A DNA stretch of 64,000 nt from the IMG/VR virus record IMGVR_UViG_3300028030_000008, positions 1 through 64,000 of that record. One strand, written 5' to 3'. The translations under genes and the position numbers were made by a program. The notes under the pieces were generated by a model. It saw only the letters and a program-made list of their open reading frames with translations. It made no database searches and was not told the DNA's origin. Source of the DNA: a virus. Of this stretch, positions 54,100-63,274 are shown in pieces (within the stretch, counting starts at the first letter, position 1; each line of letters opens with the position of its first letter).

Positions 54100-54854
54100 C
54101 AAAACTTCCCTTGATTGGGGAATTTTCACGCAACTCTATAGTTCAAGGTGACTGTGGAGAGTTGCTTGATAAACTTCCCGACGAGAGCATTGACTTGGTG
54201 ATAACATCGCCACCTTACAATATGCTTGTGTCTTCTGGTGGTGGCGTGAAAAATAGTATGTCCGGTGGATGGGCAGCAGAACTAAGAAACGGTTACGACA
54301 ACTACGGGGACGATATGACTTGGCCTGAGTATATGGGATGGCAATATGAAATCTTGTTGAAGTTGTGGAGAGTTATCAAGCCAACTGGCGCAATCTTTTA
54401 CAATCACAAGCCACGTGTCCAATATGGGAAACTCGTATGGGCTATTCAGTGGATACCGGAGTCTACGCCGGTACGCCAGATGATTATTTGGCGAAGACCG
54501 GGAGGGTTAAACCACTCGAAGACTTTTTTCACCAACCAACACGAACATATTTGGTTACTAGCCAAGCCGGATTTCAAACTCAAAGGGAAGGGTATAATGG
54601 GTGATGTATGGGAAATGAAACCCGCGAAAAATCCTCATCCTGCGCCATTCCCGATTGACCTACCACGTAGGGCGTTGGTAGCATCTAAAATCCCAGATGG
54701 CGGCATTGTCCTTGACCCGTTTATGGGGAGCGGGACTACCGCCGTAGCGTGTAAGGAGGCTGGTATAAACTATCTTGGGTTTGAGCTTTCAGAGAAATAC
54801 ATTGGGTGGGCTAACGAAAGACTTACTGCTATACCTGTAAGTTTTTCGACGTAA
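54096..54854 (+). CDS. DNA amino-methyltransferase (beta class, SPPY; probably m4C)
   Basis: ITSPPY, HPAPFP, LDPFMGSGTT. Confidence 0.92.
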   Translation: MTKLPLIGEFSRNSIVQGDCGELLDKLPDESIDLVITSPPYNMLVSSGGGVKNSMSGGWAAELRNGYDNYGDDMTWPEYMGWQYEILLKLWRVIKPTGAIFYNHKPRVQYGKLVWAIQWIPESTPVRQMIIWRRPGGLNHSKTFFTNQHEHIWLLAKPDFKLKGKGIMGDVWEMKPAKNPHPAPFPIDLPRRALVASKIPDGGIVLDPFMGSGTTAVACKEAGINYLGFELSEKYIGWANERLTAIPVSFST

Positions 54855-54924
54855 AAAGAGGTCGCCCGGCTGTGGGGACCGGGCGATTGAGAAAAAGGAG
54901 TAAGTATGGGGGAGTGTGGAGGCA
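54853..54924 (-). ncRNA. ~70-nt antisense sRNA with anti-SD motifs
   Basis: TTGACT-17-TACAAT (54958-54930); CCTCC, CTCCCCC, CTCCTTTTT; 9-bp GC hairpin plus T-run. Confidence 0.65.
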
Positions 54925-54973
54925 TTGGTATTGTACCTCACTATTTTTATTCAGTCAAGAAAAGGAGAGTAGT

Positions 54974-55537
54974 ATGGACGCAAAACAATTACAATTCACA
55001 GTAACGTCGCTTGAGCCCGCTGTACGTAAAATACTCGAAACCGGATGGAACGGTGTACCTGGCGGTTCAGCCAGGCATGTTTTTAATGTAGTGATAGCGT
55101 GTGTCAATGGGACTTTAGTTGAGGACGCAGCATATTCGATGGATGCAGATTTCAGGAAAGCTGTTTTCGATTTAGATAAAGTAATTGATGTCAAAATCTA
55201 TCTCGAAAATGTATTGAGCGCTATCCTTGATATTGCCGGCGACTACAGTTTTTCTGTTGAAAACTTCCTTGTGTTAAGAGATGAAGAACGACTGGATATG
55301 CTTCACCTGTTTTACAGCGACGATCTTGGAAAAGTTAAGCGTGTTCACTCTATTGGGGACAAGATATTTGTTATCGAGACTTACGCCCCGTTTCACGACA
55401 GTGCACTGTTTTTCCCGTACTTTATCAACTTTGACGGAGACCGTGATAATTGCGTGTGGTTCTATGATATAAACCACGCAATCCTAATGGAAATCTCCGC
55501 GAAGTGGGGAGATGCGTTAATTAAATTAGTATCCTAA
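54974..55537 (+). CDS. Hypothetical protein
   Basis: AAGGAG RBS before ATG 54974. Confidence 0.65.
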   Translation: MDAKQLQFTVTSLEPAVRKILETGWNGVPGGSARHVFNVVIACVNGTLVEDAAYSMDADFRKAVFDLDKVIDVKIYLENVLSAILDIAGDYSFSVENFLVLRDEERLDMLHLFYSDDLGKVKRVHSIGDKIFVIETYAPFHDSALFFPYFINFDGDRDNCVWFYDINHAILMEISAKWGDALIKLVS

Positions 55538-55574
55538 AACCCCAAAACCTGGTATAATCACAAAAGGAGATTTC

Positions 55575-56726
55575 ATGCAGACATTTAAGTTTGCCCATAT
55601 CGCCGACGCTCATATTGGGCACGGGCAATGGTGGGGAGAGATAAAGAAGAAGCGCAGAGAAGACTTTGGTAACGCCTTCCTGTACGCAATTGATATGATG
55701 ATTTACCATGCTGTTGATTTTGTGGTGGACGCCGGCGATTTGGTTGATAAGCAATTTGCCCCGGAGTGGGATAGGTCTTTTGTGAGAGAAGGGCTTAACA
55801 GGCTAAAGCAGAGTGGTATCCCATACTACGCAATTGACGGCAACCACAATTACAAGGACAGTATTGACGGGTTGTCTTTGCTGGACGAACTGGAAGATAT
55901 GGGGCTAGTTGAGCAAGTTGGTGAGTGGGCGCAGGTTTCATTGCAAGACGGTATCAGTATTGGTATATGTGGTTTGCCTTGGTCTGGCGCAGCTACACAG
56001 TCCTTACTCTCAAGTATCGGAGCGCCTGATTTTACCTCGCATTACAACATTCTTGTTGCTCATTGCGGCTTGGAAGGTTTAATGCCTCAAATGTACCCAG
56101 AAACAGTTCCTCTTGAAACATTCTACGGTATGAAATCCTATATTGATTACGTCGCTCTCGGTCACATTCACAAGCCGTTTAATGATGGCTTTATCAGGAT
56201 GCCGGGTTCTCCCGAAGTCTTGAATAAGGGTGAGGCTAATTACGATGGCGGTATCAACATTGTTACCGTAACTATTGACGATGATGGCAAGGCGACAACC
56301 GAAGTCGAAAAAGTGGGAGTACCGCGCCGTCCCTGGGTATTTCTCGAAAGTGATGTTGGAAAATTTGACACCACAAGGGAGCTTTTTGCTGACATTCAAG
56401 ATCAGATTGGGGATGAGGGGTTTTCTCATTTTACAAAAGAGCCAATTGTTGTTGTTGAGTTGACCGGGGGAAAAACATTCAGAGTCAATCGTCAAGGTAT
56501 CAGAGAGAGTATGGCAAAAGCGTATGGTGTATTTGTTTGTCAAATTGACGACAACTCTGTTCCCGTTGGAGTAGATACGGATGTTGAATTAACCGGCAAA
56601 CTAGCGTCTGAAATCGAGGTAGAGTTTTTTGGAAGGAACTTGGGTGATGACGCTCAAACTGCTCTTGAAATTAAGCGTCTGGTGTTGGCTGGATTTGACA
56701 GTGAGAGAATATTGGAGGTGCTATGA
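55575..56726 (+). CDS. sbcD: Mre11/SbcD-like nuclease
   Basis: ADAHIG, AGDL, GNHN, LGHIH, PGSPE. Confidence 0.92.
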   Translation: MQTFKFAHIADAHIGHGQWWGEIKKKRREDFGNAFLYAIDMMIYHAVDFVVDAGDLVDKQFAPEWDRSFVREGLNRLKQSGIPYYAIDGNHNYKDSIDGLSLLDELEDMGLVEQVGEWAQVSLQDGISIGICGLPWSGAATQSLLSSIGAPDFTSHYNILVAHCGLEGLMPQMYPETVPLETFYGMKSYIDYVALGHIHKPFNDGFIRMPGSPEVLNKGEANYDGGINIVTVTIDDDGKATTEVEKVGVPRRPWVFLESDVGKFDTTRELFADIQDQIGDEGFSHFTKEPIVVVELTGGKTFRVNRQGIRESMAKAYGVFVCQIDDNSVPVGVDTDVELTGKLASEIEVEFFGRNLGDDAQTALEIKRLVLAGFDSERILEVL

Positions 56727-57148
56727 AAAAGCAAACTACTCTGGTTGTACAACGGGCGGATATTGATAAGCTTGATTGCGATTTACTTTTGTCTGATTTT
56801 GGTATTGACGCAACAGATGAGGAGCAGTATTACCGTGTCGGCATTGTCAACAATGGAGTGTGTGGAATATCGAGACTTTTGCTGAAAAACACAACACCGC
56901 ATGACGCTTATGCGCTAAAACTTACTTCTGGTAACATAACAATTAGCGTCATTGCTGAGTGCATAGGTGCTGTTGCAAAATCGGTAAACTCTGGTATAGC
57001 TACAGTTGACATCTTTTGCAATTGCCGCCCTAGTACCGGTGATAGCGTGGGTGGTATTATCGTCGAGCTAAAAGATAATTTCGGGAATGGACAAAACTGC
57101 TATACGCATGAAGCGCTCCTTGATGTTGTTGAGGTGTTAAATGGTTAA
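56723..57148 (+). CDS. Hypothetical protein between sbcD and sbcC
   Basis: Coupled ORF. Confidence 0.6.
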   Translation: MKKQTTLVVQRADIDKLDCDLLLSDFGIDATDEEQYYRVGIVNNGVCGISRLLLKNTTPHDAYALKLTSGNITISVIAECIGAVAKSVNSGIATVDIFCNCRPSTGDSVGGIIVELKDNFGNGQNCYTHEALLDVVEVLNG

Positions 57149-59495
57149 ATCAATTCAACTCAAGGATTTTTGTTCTCACGAAGATACTTTTATCGAGTTC
57201 ACGAGTGGCGTTAATGTAATTACAGGGCAATCCGACGCCGGTAAGTCAAATATCATTTACGCCATTCAGCTTGCGTTATTCGATTCCGTCGCCAGTAAAT
57301 TCAATAAAATGAGCGATATGATTAAGTGGGGCGCAACGGTAGCGGAGATTGAGATTAGCCTTGAGTTTGCAGGACAAGAGGCTACCATCGAGCGTACCAT
57401 TACTAAATCGTCAAGCTCTTGGCGATTAGAGACACCGGATGGAATTTACAAAGGTTCAAAAGAAGTAATCCCTCATCTTCTTGGTTTTCTTCAACTTTCC
57501 CCAACAACAAACTTGCCCGTTCTATGGGACAATGCAATAGCCATCAATCAATTTGGCGTAAAGGATGGTTTCGAGAATACACCGACCAAGCGTAAAGAAA
57601 TCTTCAACAAAGTGCTTGGCGTTGATGATTATAACTACGTGTGGGGGAAGTTGGCCGGTGCGGTTTCTTTGCTGAAAGAACAACAGCAAGGGAAAAAAGA
57701 AAGCGTCATAGCGCTTGAACCCATTGCATCTCAGCTTGACGATTTAGCCACAGAGCTTGATATGATGTCAGATAGAAAGACTGAGATTGAAGGGACTCTT
57801 GTGTCAAAGGATGAGGAGCTTGGTGAGCTAAAGTCTCGATTAGACGAACTGGAAGGTGTAAAGGGCAAGATTGATACACTTAAGCAGGAAGTCGAGCAAC
57901 TGAAAAATAAACTTGCTGTAGCGAATAACGAGCTTGCTGCAATTGACATTGAAATTGAGAGCGCTCGTGCAAGTGGGGTAGTTGTTGCAGAGCTAGAAGT
58001 CAAAGTTAAGTCCCTTCAAGAGAGTCAAGAAAAACTCAAGGCGCTTGAGGAAGCGCTAAATTTAGCCTATGAGCAATTGAGAAAATACGACCAACTTGAT
58101 GCACAGGGCAAATCAATAGATGCGGAAATTAGCGTCCTGAAAGATAAACTTGCACGCAGGGATGTTTACCTTGATGAACTCGACAGAAATGAGGGCATAG
58201 AAAATGAGGTTCGTTCTCTGTCTAGTAAGGTTGATGAGGAAACAAGAAAACATGCAGCCGATACTGTAGCGGTTAATCTGGAAATTACTCAACACGAAGG
58301 CGTAATTAAAAATCTCAAAAGTGGCTATGGTGTATGCCCAACTTGTGGCTCTGTTCTAAATGATGATTATTGTAGCCTAAGAGTCAGTAAGCTGGAAGGC
58401 GAACTTGAGTCTCTTAGATTGCGTAAGGCGGAGCTAAATAACCGAGATAGCGAGCGCAATAAGGCGTTAATAAGTATGCGCTCAAAGTTAGACAACTTAC
58501 GCGCAAAACAAGGCAGGGTGCGCTTTGTAAGAGACGAGTTGTCTCGTTTTGATGGTACCGAAGACGATATAAGAATAAAGGAAAAATTACGAGAGAGTAT
58601 TGCCGCTCAACTGATGTATATGGCGCGTCCTAGCATACAGGAGGCAAAAGAGCTTGTTGATTTAGCCAAAGCGGAAGTTGATGCTTTTGGTAGAATCGAA
58701 GCTAATTTGGCTGTGGCGCAATCAAGTGCAAATAAGTTACCGTTACTTTTTGACAAAAGAAATAAGTTGCAAGAGTGGATTAGCTCTCTTCAAGAAAACG
58801 TCAATGCTGTGTCTCTCCGGCTTAGTGATCTAGAGGGTGAGTTTAGTCAAGAGTTGCTGTTTGATACGCGCAATTCCGTTACATCGGTATCTACAGAAAT
58901 CGCGGCATTAAACGCAGAGTTACACTCGCTCGAAAAAAGCATCAGAGAAGTATCTGTTAGGTATAGGCAGGCCGAAGAAGCAAAGTCTTCTCTCGATAAA
59001 CTTGCGCTTGATATGAAGGCGGATGAGAAAAAGATGACTCGTCTGACAAGCATTAGGGGGACAATCCGCGAAGCGGCTGGTGTTATCGCCGGTAAGTTAG
59101 TGCCAATCATTTCCCATGAGGCAAGCAAGATGTTCCAAAAGGCGTGGGAAGGGCGCAAGGATGTTTCTCTTGAGTGGACACCGGACTACGCTATCAATAT
59201 TACTATTGACGAGCAAGAAATTGGCTACACTTCCGGTGGGGGGATGCAGGTACTCGCCGCTCTTGCCGTTAGGCTTGCAGCGATGAAAACTATTGGCTCA
59301 ATTGGGCTTTTGGTGGCAGACGAGATAAGTATGGGCGCTGTTGACGATGAGCTTAAAGAGGTTGTTCCAAGCATGATAGCAGATGTTTCTGAATACTCTC
59401 AAGTGATAGCTATAGATCACGGCGGGCTATTTGACAATGTAATTTCAAATAAAATAAAGGTGTGGTATAGGGATGGAAAATCAATTATTAGCTAA
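57141..59495 (+). CDS. sbcC: Rad50/SbcC-like SMC ATPase
   Basis: GQSDAGKS, coiled coils, Zn hook CPTC, SGGG signature, VADE. Confidence 0.92.
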   Translation: MVKSIQLKDFCSHEDTFIEFTSGVNVITGQSDAGKSNIIYAIQLALFDSVASKFNKMSDMIKWGATVAEIEISLEFAGQEATIERTITKSSSSWRLETPDGIYKGSKEVIPHLLGFLQLSPTTNLPVLWDNAIAINQFGVKDGFENTPTKRKEIFNKVLGVDDYNYVWGKLAGAVSLLKEQQQGKKESVIALEPIASQLDDLATELDMMSDRKTEIEGTLVSKDEELGELKSRLDELEGVKGKIDTLKQEVEQLKNKLAVANNELAAIDIEIESARASGVVVAELEVKVKSLQESQEKLKALEEALNLAYEQLRKYDQLDAQGKSIDAEISVLKDKLARRDVYLDELDRNEGIENEVRSLSSKVDEETRKHAADTVAVNLEITQHEGVIKNLKSGYGVCPTCGSVLNDDYCSLRVSKLEGELESLRLRKAELNNRDSERNKALISMRSKLDNLRAKQGRVRFVRDELSRFDGTEDDIRIKEKLRESIAAQLMYMARPSIQEAKELVDLAKAEVDAFGRIEANLAVAQSSANKLPLLFDKRNKLQEWISSLQENVNAVSLRLSDLEGEFSQELLFDTRNSVTSVSTEIAALNAELHSLEKSIREVSVRYRQAEEAKSSLDKLALDMKADEKKMTRLTSIRGTIREAAGVIAGKLVPIISHEASKMFQKAWEGRKDVSLEWTPDYAINITIDEQEIGYTSGGGMQVLAALAVRLAAMKTIGSIGLLVADEISMGAVDDELKEVVPSMIADVSEYSQVIAIDHGGLFDNVISNKIKVWYRDGKSIIS

Positions 59496-59979
59496 AGTTG
59501 TTAATTTACACATATCTTCTTATATCGGGACGGCAATTGGCGCAACTCATTTTTACGGTGAACTTCAAATGCGCGGCGAGGGTGATGTTGAGTTGTTTAA
59601 CGTTTTAACAACAAAACAAGCCATTCGCCTTAGAAAAGAAGGGTATAGCCACTACGAAGCAGGTGACAAGTACAGAGGTTTTGAATGTAAAGACGATGCG
59701 ATAGCCGAGGGCAAGAGGGTATGGAAAGAGCATTTTCCAGACGCGCAATTTCTTGTTCTTGGGAAGGTTATTCATATTGAACCCAAAAAACTACTAGATG
59801 CGCCCAATGACGATGTGATAGCCGAGGTAAATGCTATCGTCGATGAATACGACGAGCGTATGAAGAAATACGAAGGCCGGAAAAACCTCAGAAAACCAAT
59901 CAGCATGGAAGATGAAAGATTTTTCGACGATAGCTACAAGGAGTGGGTAAGGTTGCTAAATGAAGCTATTACAAACTAA
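59473..59979 (+). CDS. Hypothetical protein
   Basis: GATHFYG motif; coupled ORF. Confidence 0.65.
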   Translation: MENQLLAKVVNLHISSYIGTAIGATHFYGELQMRGEGDVELFNVLTTKQAIRLRKEGYSHYEAGDKYRGFECKDDAIAEGKRVWKEHFPDAQFLVLGKVIHIEPKKLLDAPNDDVIAEVNAIVDEYDERMKKYEGRKNLRKPISMEDERFFDDSYKEWVRLLNEAITN

Positions 59980-61129
59980 TCAGGTAGTAAACGGGGATTG
60001 CCTTAAAATAGTAAAGACGTTTCCTGAAAACAACATAGACAGTATTATCACCGATCCTCCGTACCACTTGAAATCAATTGTCGAAAGGTTTGGCAAGAAA
60101 AGCTCTGTGCCAGCGCAGTATGGCAAGGACGGTAGTTTTGCTAGACTGTCCGGTGGATTTATGGGTATGAAGTGGGACGGTGGTGATATTGCTTTCCGCC
60201 CTGAAACGTGGGCTGAGTTTCTTCGAGTGGCGAAGCCCGGTGCGACATTGATGAGCTTTGGTGGGACAAGAACGTTTCATCGTATTGCCTGCGCTATTGA
60301 GGATGCTGGTTGGATTATCTACGATACGATTATGTGGGTTTACCTGACTGGTATGCCAAAGTCCAGAGACATCGGTAAAGACATAGACCGCACACTAGGT
60401 TTCGAGAGGGAGGTAATTGAAACCAGAGCGCAGGGTGGGGCAAAATTCAGGGCGACGCAGGAGTTGATTGACAACGGCGGCTTCAACGATCCGAGCAGAA
60501 CTGAATATCAAGTAACTGCGCCTGCTTCCGATGAAGCAAAAGTGTGGGACGGATATGGCACTGGATTATCTCCTGCATTTGAACCCATCATTGTTGCGAG
60601 AAAGCCGGTTGACGAGACTTACGCCAAAAACGCCTTAGAGTGGGGTGTTGCTGGACTAAACATAGAGGCGGGAAGATTAAATGGCAATTGGGCCAAGAAC
60701 GTGATTTTGTCTGAGGAGTTTGCTAACGCCATTGGAGATTTGTCCAGTTTCTTCTATTGCCCAAAACCTTCAATTAAAGAAAAAGAGGCTGGATTAAAAG
60801 ATTTTGCTCCGAAGAAAGTTGACCCATCTAGGCTTGAGGGAAATCCGGGCGGCGACAACCCAAGAAATAGAGGAGTGAATAAACGCAAAAATACTCACCC
60901 ATCGGTAAAGCCGATAAAACTATTAGAATATTTAGTTAAGCTCACGAAAACACCGACGGGTGGTATTGTTCTTGACCCGTTTGCCGGTTCAGGAACGACA
61001 GGTGTTGCTTGTAAAATGCAAGGCCGTCCGTATATTTTAATCGACCAAAGTGAAGAATATTGCAAAATTGCAGAAGCAAGGATAGCTGCATATCATACAG
61101 CAGTGCAGGCATCTTTGTTTGACATCTAA
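59960..61129 (+). CDS. DNA amino-methyltransferase (beta class, DPPY; probably m6A)
   Basis: ITDPPY, FMGMKWD, HPSVKP, LDPFAGSGTT. Confidence 0.92.
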   Translation: MKLLQTNQVVNGDCLKIVKTFPENNIDSIITDPPYHLKSIVERFGKKSSVPAQYGKDGSFARLSGGFMGMKWDGGDIAFRPETWAEFLRVAKPGATLMSFGGTRTFHRIACAIEDAGWIIYDTIMWVYLTGMPKSRDIGKDIDRTLGFEREVIETRAQGGAKFRATQELIDNGGFNDPSRTEYQVTAPASDEAKVWDGYGTGLSPAFEPIIVARKPVDETYAKNALEWGVAGLNIEAGRLNGNWAKNVILSEEFANAIGDLSSFFYCPKPSIKEKEAGLKDFAPKKVDPSRLEGNPGGDNPRNRGVNKRKNTHPSVKPIKLLEYLVKLTKTPTGGIVLDPFAGSGTTGVACKMQGRPYILIDQSEEYCKIAEARIAAYHTAVQASLFDI

Positions 61130-61140
61130 AGGAGATTACA

Positions 61141-61704
61141 ATGAGAACATGTCCGTTATGTAGTCATCAATTTAGCCGCGCAAAAACGGTAGAGCCACGA
61201 AGTAAGTTCCATTATTGTCCAAGTTGCAACGGGGTGATTTACTACGATAAGAAGAAAACGCTAGGAAGAAAGCAAGGAGAGCGTATTGAGGAAGAAAAAG
61301 CGGCTGCTAATAAAATAGTCGAAACGTTTGAAAAAAGAGCGTCAAGTGTTCGTCAAGCTCCCTTTTACTTCGAGGGCGCTGCGAGAGTAAAAGAACTTGC
61401 AATGGCAAGAAATTTCATTGCCAAGTGTCGTACTTATATAAGCCGCTCCTCCTTGAACGGAAAGATTACAGCCTCAGACTTTGCATTAAGGATGGTGGAA
61501 TTTGTGTTCTCTGACAGTAGATGGGGGTGGATGGCTCAAGTGGCTAGTGGGCTATCCTCGATTATGGGGGTAAAGTTTGCTTCTATTGCGTCTGATTTGA
61601 CACGCTTGGTCAGTATAGAGATTACCAGAAGTGAAGCTGTTAGCAGGCGAATGAATTACCGCCCACCCGTAAATTTCAGTTCTGTGACCTATGCGGTTAT
61701 TTAA
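61141..61704 (+). CDS. Zn-ribbon protein upstream of the helicase
   Basis: CPLC, CPSC. Confidence 0.65.
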   Translation: MRTCPLCSHQFSRAKTVEPRSKFHYCPSCNGVIYYDKKKTLGRKQGERIEEEKAAANKIVETFEKRASSVRQAPFYFEGAARVKELAMARNFIAKCRTYISRSSLNGKITASDFALRMVEFVFSDSRWGWMAQVASGLSSIMGVKFASIASDLTRLVSIEITRSEAVSRRMNYRPPVNFSSVTYAVI

Positions 61705-62773
61705 TCCAACAATCAGTGGCCTTGTCGCCGCAACAGAGGAAGATTGGGGCGATACTAAACAAAATGTCGAAGATGCGATACGGTATCGCATTAAGCCAAT
61801 TGACGACGCCTTGTTTGGTATCAACATGAGAGACGGCGAAATGATAGGCGTCCACGCCGTCAAAAAGATGAGAAAGTCAACTCTTGTCCTCAATCTTGTT
61901 CTAGGTTTTGCTCATCAGCTAAAGGGAAGGTCGGAGGGGTATTGGGTGTGCGCCGACACACTGGAATCCGGTATGCCACCACAGGCGTATCGAGACAGCC
62001 TTATCGCTATGGCTGCTACAAGGTTGCTTGTGTCTAGGTTTTACGGGAATGACAGGGATAAATGGCCTAGCGTTGAAACGATAAAGGCTCACCCAGAGCT
62101 TGGCCCGATGATGAACATATCTCGTGAGTTTTTCTTGTACGGGAGACGAACACCGGAACAACAGGAGGCAATCGAACTTGCGAAAAGAGCGGTTGCAAGT
62201 ATGCCAATCTCAATATTTGGCGCGGCGTCTTTTCAGGGAAAAACACGGAACGTTGATGCTACGGTAAAACGGTGGTCTGAGTTATATCACGGGAAGTATA
62301 TTCATCGTCACAAGATTGGTGGCGAGATTAAAGAAGTTGATATGACTGGCTTGCATCATAGAATATTTAGCACTGACCACATTTCTCAACTATCAGGCTT
62401 TGGTGCATCGTCTTTCGAGATGCAAGAGACGGTTGTCAGTAAGTACGCTGAATTTTGCACTGAGCATCCTGGCTCTGTTGTTATTGCTGTTGGACAGATT
62501 GGCTCTAGCTCTGCTAAAGACGAGAAGCGCGGCTTCGGAGATGCAAACACAAAGGGTGGTACTGCCCTTGCTGCCGAAGTGACGGTTTTATTCCGTACTG
62601 AATACGATAAGGACAAGTCACCGTTCAAAATGAAGATTTGGGTGCAAGATACGCGCAAAAGGCCGCCGCCGCCGATTATTCAGGATATAGATGACCAGTC
62701 TGGCGCGTTTCTTGGGACAAGAGTTGCAAGGAATGGAGAGGAAGGTGGTGTAAGGATAGATAGAAGATATTAA
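61691..62773 (+). CDS. DnaB/RecA-superfamily helicase-like ATPase with atypical Walker A
   Basis: AVKKMRKST, TLES, FSTDHISQL, GQI, KGG.AL. Confidence 0.65.
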   Translation: MRLFNPTISGLVAATEEDWGDTKQNVEDAIRYRIKPIDDALFGINMRDGEMIGVHAVKKMRKSTLVLNLVLGFAHQLKGRSEGYWVCADTLESGMPPQAYRDSLIAMAATRLLVSRFYGNDRDKWPSVETIKAHPELGPMMNISREFFLYGRRTPEQQEAIELAKRAVASMPISIFGAASFQGKTRNVDATVKRWSELYHGKYIHRHKIGGEIKEVDMTGLHHRIFSTDHISQLSGFGASSFEMQETVVSKYAEFCTEHPGSVVIAVGQIGSSSAKDEKRGFGDANTKGGTALAAEVTVLFRTEYDKDKSPFKMKIWVQDTRKRPPPPIIQDIDDQSGAFLGTRVARNGEEGGVRIDRRY

Positions 62774-62830
62774 CCTTTAGCAATAATTTCCTGTATTAGT
62801 TTTGACAATAAATGAAAGGAGGTGTACAAT

Positions 62831-63067
62831 ATGGGTGTGAGACAGACTAGATTACCTAAAGGTGTGAAAGCAAGACCAATTACGGCGAATTTACCGGAGG
62901 ATTTGTATAATCGCCTGCTTGAGCTTGCGCGTAAAAATAGACGCTCCATGAGCGCCGAGGCTACTTTTGCAATCGAGGAGTACCTTAGCGAATACGAATG
63001 GGCGACTAACAAGCCTTGGATAACTAAAAATTCTTTTGACAAAACCCCCGCCATAGAAGATAAATAG
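62831..63067 (+). CDS. Arc-family RHH regulator
   Basis: ITANLPEDLYNRL.ELARKNRRSMSAE; promoter TTGACA-17-TACAAT at 62802-62830. Confidence 0.85.
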   Translation: MGVRQTRLPKGVKARPITANLPEDLYNRLLELARKNRRSMSAEATFAIEEYLSEYEWATNKPWITKNSFDKTPAIEDK

Positions 63068-63274
63068 CCCTCCGCCCCAACCATCGCGGGGGCGATGAGT
63101 GGGCGCGGATAAACGCGATTGCTTGCAACGCGCATCCTCTCGATGATTTTGACCGTTTCTGCTGCTGTGATTACGCCCTGGTTTTGGCCTCCGGGGAAAC
63201 GAGGCAGGGGAGAGTCGTAGCCGTAGGAATACGGCGCGTGTACACAGAAACCGAGCATGTTAAGCGACTGGCTG

